Positions 26,061 to 36,409 of a DNA stretch of 64,000 nt are shown one piece after another. Position 1 is the first letter of the stretch. Each line of letters begins with the position of its first letter. The position numbers were made by a program, and so were the translations under genes. The notes under the pieces were generated by a model that was given only the letters and a program-made list of their open reading frames with translations, did no database searches and was not told where the DNA came from. Source of the stretch: Stylophora pistillata (lineage: Eukaryota); assembly GCF_002571385.2 (NCBI RefSeq), contig NW_019217912.1:505380-569379 (forward strand). The letters run 5' to 3'.

Positions 26061-28067
26061 ATGGTGGCCTCTCGGGGATTATGGCTTTGTCTACTAGGGA
26101 TGTTATTATTTAGTTTTTCCTCTGGCGTGTTTTCAAGAGGAGTTAAAAGTAAACGAAGCCCACGCAAGAATTCCGTTCGTTACACTGTCCACGAAAAACC
26201 GCCAGAGCTGGTTGTAAATGCTGACCCCGAAGGAGTAAAAGTTCAAGCTAAGCCTTCAAAACTTCAAGTAATTGCTTACCCTCACCTACAGGGATTTCAT
26301 CCATACGAGCATACGGCAGTATTAGGTCCACATAGTCCACCAGTGAATATTGGACCAAATGCACCTCCGGTTCACATTGGACCTCATGTACCAGCTGTTC
26401 ATCTTAGTCCCAGGGTTCCAAGTCTTCACTACGGAACAAACGCTCCTCTTCTTCACGTCAGGCCTCATGTGCCTTTTGTTCATATGACGCCCCCAGTCCA
26501 CGGCATAAACGCTCTTACCGGTCCTCCAGTGCACGTTATGTCACCATCTACAGTATATCATCAACCACCGATTGTTTTTCATCAGCCACACTTTCAATAT
26601 CCTGGATACGGTGGTTTTGGTGGATTTCCAGGCTATGGAGGCTTTGGGTATGGTGGCTATGGTTGCTATGGTGGTGGACCTGGTTTCTATGGGCGCTCCA
26701 CTATACCTGAAAATGATGAAGAGGACGACGACGATGATAATAATGTTGATAACAATAACGATGGCAACGACTCTAAGAACGACGAGGGCGAAGCTCATGA
26801 ACATCGCAAGCACAAGGGAAAATCGAAGCGCGAAGTTGTTTCACAGAAAGTCAAGCGCCAGTGGTTTGGGTGGCATCCGTTCCCACATACAGTTAATGTA
26901 GGACCTCACACTCCACCCATTCACGTTGGACCTCATTATCCCCCGGTTCATATCGGGCCTCACGTCCCTGCAGTTCATATAGGACCTCATGTTCCAGTCA
27001 TAAACGTCCCATCCCATGTCCCAGCGATTCATGTACGTCCCCATGTTCCTGCTGTGCATTTAGGACCGCCTGTTCCTATCATTAATGCCGGAAACCACTT
27101 CCCAGCGGTGCATGTCACTTCTCCACCCACGATCTACCACCGTCCTCCTATTGTCATTCACCAACCTCATATCGTCCATCCTTATGGCGGATGGAAGAAA
27201 CGCTCAAAGATCGCCCAAGCTGTTAAATCTAAAAAGGAGAGTTCTACGAAGGAAGTTAAAGCAGAGGAGCAAAGCAGTGGTGATGAAGACCCAAAACAGG
27301 AAGAAGAAAAGCCACAGGAAACCCCCGCCTCCGAGCAATTCAGTGGTGAACCAGAACAAAGTAGTGGACAACCACCACATGCAGACGAGGAAAAGCAAGT
27401 CAACGTAAAATCTACCCATGAAAGAACAAGGCGACAGATGTTTTCTAATGCCAACTCCGGACCAAATGGCGACTCAGTGATATTTGTCCATCCAAATGAA
27501 CACAATGCGGCAAGTCCTGCAGGATTGGGTGACCTGGCAGGTGGCCATGGTAACCCTTTGGAAGGCGGTAACCCAGCAGAAGGGTTTGGGGATCTTTCCT
27601 CGAAGGCCTTCGGAGATGGATTTAACCCTAGTTCGTTAGCAGAGGGTGGACAAGGAGGAGAGTTGGGCGCTGGTGGTGATAGCCTTGCTGGACTCGCAGG
27701 AGCAAGCCTCGGTGGAGCAGCAGGCCTGGCTGGAAACGAAGCTCCCCCTATGGGGGCCAATAGCTTCTCTGACGCTGGAGGGCTGGGAGGTCTCGGCGGA
27801 CAAGGAGGTCTTGGTGGACAGGGAGGTCTTGGAGGACAGGGTGCTCCAGAAGAGCTTCCTGGTGGTCTTGCAGGTCTAGGTGGGGCCATGGGATCGCCAA
27901 TGGGTGGGGGTCTTGGCGGAGAAGAAGCTAGGTCGGCGGTTCCTCGCTCTAGTATCCCTGGAAGACTAAGAAAGATAACCAGAGGGTACCTCACACGAAA
28001 CCCTCTTGACAATGGAGCAAATGCTCCCATTGTCAAGAAAACGTACATTCCACGACCAGGACAATAA
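26061..28067 (+). CDS. Secreted 668-aa modular His/Pro/Gly-rich precursor (single coding exon)
   Basis: Long ORF. MVASRGLWLCLLGMLLFSFSSG is signal-peptide-like. Two 9-mer His/Pro repeat blocks, YGG/FGG and GGLGGQ tracts, acidic spacers and dibasic sites. Acceptor ending 26015 upstream; donor at 28090 downstream. Confidence 0.9.
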   Translation: MVASRGLWLCLLGMLLFSFSSGVFSRGVKSKRSPRKNSVRYTVHEKPPELVVNADPEGVKVQAKPSKLQVIAYPHLQGFHPYEHTAVLGPHSPPVNIGPNAPPVHIGPHVPAVHLSPRVPSLHYGTNAPLLHVRPHVPFVHMTPPVHGINALTGPPVHVMSPSTVYHQPPIVFHQPHFQYPGYGGFGGFPGYGGFGYGGYGCYGGGPGFYGRSTIPENDEEDDDDDNNVDNNNDGNDSKNDEGEAHEHRKHKGKSKREVVSQKVKRQWFGWHPFPHTVNVGPHTPPIHVGPHYPPVHIGPHVPAVHIGPHVPVINVPSHVPAIHVRPHVPAVHLGPPVPIINAGNHFPAVHVTSPPTIYHRPPIVIHQPHIVHPYGGWKKRSKIAQAVKSKKESSTKEVKAEEQSSGDEDPKQEEEKPQETPASEQFSGEPEQSSGQPPHADEEKQVNVKSTHERTRRQMFSNANSGPNGDSVIFVHPNEHNAASPAGLGDLAGGHGNPLEGGNPAEGFGDLSSKAFGDGFNPSSLAEGGQGGELGAGGDSLAGLAGASLGGAAGLAGNEAPPMGANSFSDAGGLGGLGGQGGLGGQGGLGGQGAPEELPGGLAGLGGAMGSPMGGGLGGEEARSAVPRSSIPGRLRKITRGYLTRNPLDNGANAPIVKKTYIPRPGQ

Positions 28068-31000
28068 CAATTCGACGCTGAATAAACAGGTAAGTGAAAG
28101 ATGTTAGCTTCAAGCAGAGCTATTCCTTGCCTATCTGTTAAAAAAGATAACAGGTCCTGGTTGCGGTTGTTGAATTTAAAAAGCTACGATTAATTTTTAC
28201 TTCTACTGTGGTTTTATTCAGCTTCCATTTCGAGTACCATCTTATGTGAATGGGTGATAAAACATTCTTATGTATCCTACTATTTTCTGCGTGATTTTTT
28301 ACTACATTCTTATCTGAAACATTTCCTTAATAATACTGCTGATGTTAGAGAAAACGATCTGAAGTAAGACTGAAACAATTGCTCTCAACAGTTGAAGAGT
28401 AACACAGCTTTTTTTTTTAAAAAAAAAAAAACCGCGCAACCGAATCCTGAAGACTAAACCAGACCATTAATGCGTGCTTTAGGACCTGTTGCACAAATTA
28501 CCGCCTATGAACTTCGATGGCAGCCTTTTCCTCTTTAAGTTAAACATTTATCAAGAAGGCGAGAATCGCTCTTTTTATGACTTTTAACAGGACTTCTCAA
28601 AGAAAATTGTTAAACCCTTTCTTAGAATTCCTCGAACGCTGTGTTGTACACGCAAACATTTGAAAATAATTTGATTAAAGGAAATAAAGAGTGGTCAGGA
28701 GGATGCAGATTTTTTGGGAGGCGGGGTAGATCTCGTCGATATGAATATGTTCTGTAAAGTGAAGCGACGAAATCACTTCACTTCAAACAAACTTGGGTAC
28801 TTTGAGTACCTTAATTATTCATCAAAAGAATTGTTCGCAATACAAAAGAAACGATGGCACTACCAAGTGAGTTGGTGCTCGATAGTACAATAGTTTCAGT
28901 TTGTTGTGCATTTATTTTTTGTTCAACTTTAACTCGCCAGCCCCATTCAGCAACGTTCTTTAATCTTTTTGTACGCTATAACGGGATTTGAATTATTTAA
29001 TCAGTTTGTAAGACCTCGTTAATTTTCGGTAGAGAACAGTCTTTGAGGATAGACCTTTTTGGAGATCTACTTTTACTGCTTCTCGATTGTAGCTTTAAAT
29101 TAGTGACCAATAACTTCATTTTGTTTGTATTTACAGAAATTGCACCATGGAAGTGCAAGCACCAGTGACCATATTTAAAGATGCTCTACGATCAAAGGAA
29201 TGATTTTATGCGATTCCAAAAGACTAAAAAAGGAATTTCCTTTCAATCCCAGCGGAATTGACTGCTGACAACTTGAATGCGAAAAGCGTCCTCGTTTGAT
29301 ATGTTCCGTATGTAGGTAGCAGGCCGTGTTGTGTCCATGAGTATGGGCAGACTACATTAGTTGGTTACTTTTCCAATGATCTCTATCCTCAAACGAAGTT
29401 ATTCATTTTGTTTTAAGCGATTGTGAAAATAAAATTGAAGATTTGTTGAGATAATTGCTTCCATTATGTGGATTACATCTGCCTGACTTGCAGACTCGTA
29501 TTCACACTTCGAGTTCCAAAAGTGATTGACTCTTACAATGTGGTTAAAACTCAATATCAAGATGACTATACGTGTATATAAAAGAAAAAGGAATTTTATG
29601 CAAAGAGGCAAAATTGCTATGAAACAAAATAAAATTCATGGAACTAAAATACATGGAAATGGAAAGTGTTCATGGGGAATTGGCAGTCAGATCCCGGGTA
29701 TTAGCGAGATGGTAATGAGAAGATCTGCCTTTTTTCTTGACTTGAGAAAAATAAAAAAAATGTATAAATAAAGGAATTGAATCATAGAAAGAGTTTTGAT
29801 TCTAATGTTAATTAATGATGGGATAACTTGGTTTCAACTGAGTTGATATTGTGGATCGGCCACATTTCGACAAAATGTTCGAACGTATCCCTTCTTTAAG
29901 ACGAACTTTGAAAATTAAACCCCTAATTGATGATAAGCCTGCCTTGAATTAGTCTTTCACTTTTGCTCACTTAAATTACACTGAGTGCCTGCACACTGGT
30001 CCCGTCAATTAATTTCTTTCAAATTTTTAGCAAAGTAGTTGGGTTTATTATGGACAAAGGGATAACAAATCAATTCTGTAGGACTACACTTGTCTGGGGC
30101 GTCGTTTACGTTTTTCACTTTACTTTGGTTACGTTCTCCTTCAGGTTGTTACATTTATGACCACTTTGAAAACTGTTTCACAACACTTGTCTGTAAAGAG
30201 TTCAGTTTCCCCTGGTTTTATGGGTGGTGTTCATCCTATACAACGGATATCCGGGCTTACGGCCGCTATCAACTGGGCGAATTTGAAAAAGGGAGGGCTG
30301 GATGTCGCAATACACCCTGAATGTATAATTGTTTTTTAACTATCTTTATCCCTTTTTGGTTGACAGTCTATCATTAATATTGGTTGTTAGTTGCTATTGT
30401 TTATTTTGTTTATTTTTGTTTTTTATGAAACGAAGACCTCGGGATAAAAGTACATTTCAATTATAATTTGGCTTATCTTCATTTAATTGTCAGTTTTTTC
30501 CCCGTACATCATGTTTGTTTACTTTGTCTTTCTCACCAGTTGGATTGTTTCGATATAGAATTCGTTGTTTGCTTTTCCACCGGTTATCTACCAAGTTAAA
30601 CACTAAGGCATTTTGTAGCATGACAGGGAAAATACTGTACAAGTAGCCAAAACAAGCAACTTAGAGCATGTTTCTATTTGAGGGGCTGCTAGTTGCATGG
30701 CACAGGAAACAAACGATAACCTACTCGAGATTGCGAAAGGCAACTTCATAAGGACATTTGCAAAGTAATCACCGAAGTTTCAAGGTAGTATGTCTCTTTG
30801 AGCTGAAGCCGTGCTAGATGTTCACTATTTTTTTCCATTTGTGTTTCTAGACCGAGTTAGAAGTTCAATTAACTTCTATTTTCATTGCATCTCATCAGCT
30901 CAGCAATCCAAGGTCTTCAATAAATCCACAATCGCAAGTTGATTTGTATAGTGTGGATGCCTCGCCCTCTTTCCGCTCCCGGTCAATTTTAAACTTTTCT

Positions 31001-31455
31001 GATTAAAGCAAGTTGTCAAAGATCTCGCTTCCCCTTTTAGCCTATTTTTGATTGACTAGGTCTGACGTTTTTTGTGCGTGAAATTCAATATTCATTTATT
31101 TCGTTTTCTTTTCTTATTGACCATATTTTGTCTCAAGTTCATAAGCGCCCCGCGTCTCGGTTTTATATGCTTATTTATATGCTTATAGGAAAGTAACGAT
31201 TGCCGTCTAAATAAATTGACATATATAACAATGATGACTGAAAAAGTGATCTGTAAAGAATTAGGCCACTTGTTGCCATTGGGGCTAAAGGCCATTTATT
31301 ATTTACCATTGACATGATCTCACCCTTGGATATCCAACGAAATATTGAAAATTAGAATTTTCTTGGTTTCGGAGTTGACATTCCCGAGAAAAATAGATAT
31401 GTTATCTTTCCTGAGGCAAGAAAACTAACAGAATTTTTCTTGCTTGTGTACAAGC

Positions 31456-34103
31456 ATGAAATGGTTTTGTTCTGCCGACGGGTTTCGTGCAACGTTATGT
31501 CTTATTTGTTTGTTGGCTTTTAATGGGAGCGTTAAACCAAAACCATTACCTGAAGGTGGAGGAACAGTGACTCAAACTGGTGAGCCGTCACATTTTCAAG
31601 TTGATGACAAAGCCGCTGAAATTGAAGTCAATGCCAACCCTGCTGGAGTAAAAGTCAACGCTAAGCCAGCCTCTCTTCAAGTTGTAGCAAAGCCGGGTGT
31701 CCCAGCTGTACCAATATTTCATCCAGCGATACATCTTGCCCAACACTATGCGCCTCCACCAGTTATTCATCACAGTGCGGCCATGTTTTATCATGACGGA
31801 TTTCACTATCCCTTCGGTCACGACTGGTTTTACAATGGAATAAAACGACATAAGTTTCCTAGACCACGGAAAGATCAAATACAAGTTCGAACGCACAAGT
31901 CTGATATTCCTCGGTCAAAACATCACAAGAAGGCCTCTCAATCTCACAAGAGACAATTTATCTCTGCGGTTCCGCAGTTTGCGCAACCATCATCCCTCGC
32001 TGCCTTTAGAGGTCTCGGTGCGCTCGGAACTTACGGATATGGAGCCTCACCTCAGTACGGTTCTCTTGTCGGTGCACCACTGGGAGTTTACGGCTTACGT
32101 CAAAATCCTCAAACAGGATTACTTTCCTCATCTCCCCAACTCACTCCTCAGCAAGGTCTACAAGAGTCGGGGATGTCAAGAGGTCTTTTGCCCTCGGAAA
32201 GTACTTCAACAGGCACAGATACAACTGACATACTGCGGAGATATCAGAGGCTTTACGGTGAACTTAATGCCCTTGCTAACATGTACAACTCGCTTGTAAG
32301 GCAAAGAAGTTTGCATTCCCTAACAGACATGGGATATGCTGGGGGAATGGGCGTTGGAGGCGCTCTCCGCATGAATACGGATGGTAGTGACCCTCGGCTC
32401 GGACAATTAGGTTTGGGAGCTCCGCGAGGCCCAGTGATGGGTTACACAAGAACTTACATCCCCTCCCCACTGGTGAAGCTTTATGGCACTCAGGCGTCAC
32501 TTCCCCAGACCAATAGCTTTCTTGGTGTACCTGGTATGTTTGCTAAAAATAGCCGTTACTGAATTACTGTTGCTTCTTGAAGCATTATATTTTGTTTTTG
32601 GATGATGAAGAATGATTTTAATATTTTGTTTTTGGATGATAAAGAATAATTTTGATATATCTAAGTCAATATTTGCAATTAAAAAATTGTCTAAAGGTTA
32701 TAAAGAGAGTTTTTGTAGGCTGAAGATTACTTTTGACTCACTGTTTCTTTTCCCAAATTTTTCCCTGTACTTGAATGCATTTATCTTATTCTTATCACAG
32801 TGGCATTAAACAAATGTGGAATGTTTTTTCGGATAGTCATAGTATATTTTCAGCCCTTTTGGTGTCATTTGCTGTTTGTGTGTGTGTGTGTGTGTGTGTG
32901 TTATTGTTGTTGTTTGTTTCCGTTGTTTCTATTTTTATGTTGGTTTTAACTAATCATTATGATCGGCGAAACCGTAAAAATTGCGTGAATAACATATTTC
33001 TCCTTTACTTTTCTGCAGGGGCGTCGTTAGTTGGGCAACCACCCATGGCCCGATATCTCGACCTTTCTTCTCTGCTGCAGGGCTCACCTGCAATGGTGAG
33101 CAGATCCAAGGTCCCTGCAGCCCCAGATAAAAAAGACAAGAAACATGATCATCAGGATGACACAATGAAAAAAGCAAAAGTGAAACGACAAGCGCTAGTT
33201 GAACCGATTTTAACCACCGAGGATCCCGACAGCATGGACGATTTATTCCAAGGTGACTATGACCAGGACTACAAGCGGCAGATGATATTAACGCCTGCCC
33301 TGGAGACGCTACAGCAACTTCAGCCACTGCAACCATTATATACTCGACAGGCCATACAGCCACAATCGTTACAGCTACGTCAACTACAGCTTCAGCCACA
33401 GATACTACCTGAGCAACCGTTAACCCGTCAGTCGCTTGCTTTGCAGGGCACCGGTATGCAACCAACGGGTATGCAGCAGCAGATTGGAATACCAGGGACT
33501 CAGCAGCTTGGTCTCCTTCCCTTGACCTCCACACCACTGCGCTACATGACGCCATCTTTGGTGACACCACTTGAATCAATGGGTTCCAGCTTTGATGGAA
33601 GATCATCAGCAGCTGGAGCAGCTTTACCGCAATCGTTCGCCTCTCAGAGTTTAGTGTCACCGTTAATTTCGGGTACGTTCACCCGTCCTAGAAGTGATTA
33701 CGGCTCTTTGCAAGATCTTTCATCCAGTAGTCTCTTTCAAGACAGGTCACAATTTCGCCGTCCCTTGAGACTTGGTTTCCCAGGCAATCCAAGACGTCTC
33801 TTCCACAGACCTCAATACCGAAGGCGATTACATAACTTTAGAGAGGAAGAAAACTTGGATGGAATGCAACCAGAAGTGTTAGGTCGTGAGAGAATCTCGC
33901 AAGAGGGATCATATTCCACTGAAGTAGTCCCAAGTTCTCAAGGAGAGACACTCATAAACTCGCCAGTGGGGTTCGGACCAATCACGGTGGAGGCTAAGAC
34001 AGCAGAAGGGGCACGGAGAGCTGCGATGGCTGGAGAAGATAAGAGACATCGCATCCACAGACCAGTTGAAAGAACGTCTAAGGGCAAGAGGAACCATCAG
34101 TAA
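31456..34103 (+). CDS. Secreted 720-aa low-complexity precursor, paralogue of 26061-28067 (join 31456-32533,33019-34103)
   Basis: Signal-peptide-like MKWFCSADGFRATLCLICLLAFNGSV. Donor CTG|GTATGT and acceptor TTTTCTGCAG| are both phase 1 and join the two ORFs in frame. 17/26 identity to the upstream gene in EIEVNANPAGVKVNAKPASLQVVAKP. Confidence 0.88.
32877..32900 (+). repeat. (TG)n microsatellite in the intron
   Basis: About 12 TG units. Confidence 0.9.
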
Positions 34104-35794
34104 GACCTTTCAAAAAGAGCGCGCAGGAAAGTTCCTCAATTTCGTACCTGTCAAAAGTCAGATTAGAAATCAACACAATCAAATCAAAATTGGCGACGAT
34201 TGAAAATGTCTAGAAAACTCTTCCAAACAAAGGGACAATTAATTTATTTTCAACAAAATAGGATTCGTTTCGTAGAGCGAAGAGTAATTTGTAAATACGC
34301 TTGGTAAAACCGTAACATTATGATGCAGCTACAGCTGCAGACCCTTAACAGGGATAGGATATGCATGGGTGCATATAAACAAAATTTCAATCATCTAGGT
34401 CCGGCTGATCAAAAGGTGGGTGATGCCATCAATCAGATAACACTCTAGCCACTAAACATCTCCTTTTGCTTTGTGAACACTAATAAACTAAATGGCGCTA
34501 TTTTCCGGTGGAAACGCATTAATCACCCATCCCCTAAAGAACTTTTTTTTTTTATTTAATGCAGTACGCTGGGTCTCATGTTTACCTTGACCTCACTAAT
34601 GCACTATTTTAATTCATAATGCATGGTTGTTTGTTTGTTTTTTTTTTTTTTCGTGTTTTGCTGTTTTCGACCTTGTTTCCCGTCTGTTCCCGAATAAATC
34701 AATAGTACAATTTTTCATGCTAGGTGCACCTCATATCGGCTGTAACTTGTTGTTAGAGTGAGCCTATGTGGGTATGATTTACCAAAGAAGTCAATATGAT
34801 CGAAAAATGACGCCCAGTTTATCATGAAATGTTTTATTTTGACGTGTTGCATCCTATTCATCGTATGTACAGCCGAGTAAACTCGTAATTTGCATCTGCC
34901 ATAAACCTAGATTAAATAATAGATGTCTTGTTGAATGTCTGAGAGTATGTTTGGTTATATATGCAAGAGTTGTATTCGTATCCGGACACTTGTAATTGGT
35001 TTGTTAGTCCCACTTTGATCTGTTACTAAGTTATAACCTACAATGAGGCAAGACTTTAAAGATTACCCATGCCTTGCCAAATTAAAATGGCACAAATTAC
35101 CTATGAGGTAGAAAGAATAGATTCTTTAGTATATTCCTGGTTTCTGTCTGGTAACTGAAGGAAGAGTAGTTGTTTAAATGACTTTTCCGGGGAGTTTTCT
35201 CATTGGTTTAGACTACTAGTTAAGAAAATTTTCCACTGACGAAGAAAGCGAACAAACCACGCTCTATCTCTTACAGCGGCTGGCAAAGCAAACACCGGTA
35301 ATATCTATTTTTCAATGAATCGAGTCAACCTTTTGTATATTAACTTTTAGCTAACAGAATCATAATAACATAAATTTTCTAAGGAGGGTTGTCAAAAATG
35401 ATTCCTGGGTCACGTATGGTTAAGTTGACTTCAAACGATCTCTGTCGAGCATAAGTGCAATCACTATAGATCTTAATGTGATGTGTAGTAATAATAGGAT
35501 TGAGAAATGAATCTATGTCTAAAATCCAACATGGATGAGACGTGTAGCTCGAATCTTACGGCTTTCGTGTTAAGGGTAAAAAAATTATGCCTATTAAACC
35601 TTGAAAAAAATATTTGCATGCTTCTATCTCAGATCAAACATCCTGTTTGCATACTTTTCAAAGGTCTCATTAATTGCAATTACACAATTAATCAAATACG
35701 GCAGTCTCAAGAGACGCCCTCACAAAGGGTGCTAATCCCAAAGCTATCACTGAGATTGAGTTGGGGATAAAGCGTTTTATTAAAGGGGTTCAAT

Positions 35795-35808
35795 GTTAGC
35801 CTAGCAAC
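35795..35808. promoter_or_regulatory. X-box (RFX)-like site upstream of the LRRC74-like gene; second weaker site at 35984-35998
   Basis: GTTAGCCTAGCAAC and ATTGCTTAGGGAAAC resemble GTNRCC-N-RGYAAC. Consistent with a ciliary gene, but motif match only. Confidence 0.35.
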
Positions 35809-36409
35809 CAGGTTCTTATGCTACTTTTACTCTTCTAATGTTTAAACCAATCGCCCGAAAATCTCACCAGATATCTAAGGCACAAGAAGATATAAAGTTA
35901 ACATCTGGCACTATAAAACCGAGCAGCGAGAATCTCCGACAGAGAGTAAGTCCGCTACAATACTTTTGGATCTTTTCTAGGTTATTGCTTAGGGAAACGA
36001 ATAATCCCTTTACCTACAACGACTGAAGTTCATTTTTGATAAACGTTCGTAAGATATCAAACACGGAGGAGAATTTATTTGTGTCGCACGTCTTCTATAG
36101 GCAACGTTCTCTTAAGACTATTATTGTATGTGCGTGCAAATGATTTTGCGCACCTGGAATAAGCATATTGTTTACACAAGTGTTTCGAGAAGAGTGTTTG
36201 ATAAACAAAGGTAGAGCACCGCGAGGTGTTTCGTTAAAACTAATAAGAATCAAGATGGAAAACGAGTTTAAAAAAAAAGTGTGAACATTTTGCAATCATC
36301 TTACCCTCCTTGATTAACAGTTTGCTTATTACCTTCTTTTGCCGCTTTATTGCATCGAAGAGTGATGTTCAAAATAAAATTAATTGACAGGTTATTAGAG
36401 GAAGCCAAC

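Noticed and set aside
27182-28048. 288-aa antisense Pro-rich ORF (also 32950-33660)
   Set aside because: Shadow of the GC-rich Gly/Gln-coding sense strand.
32775-33018. Hydrophobic VCVCVC N-terminus of the 442-aa ORF as a separate membrane protein
   Set aside because: Intron with a (TG)n microsatellite; splice phases join the rest to the upstream exon.
26061-34103. Classical neuropeptide precursors
   Set aside because: No repeated short amidated (G-K/R) peptides; the released modules would mostly be tens to >100 aa.
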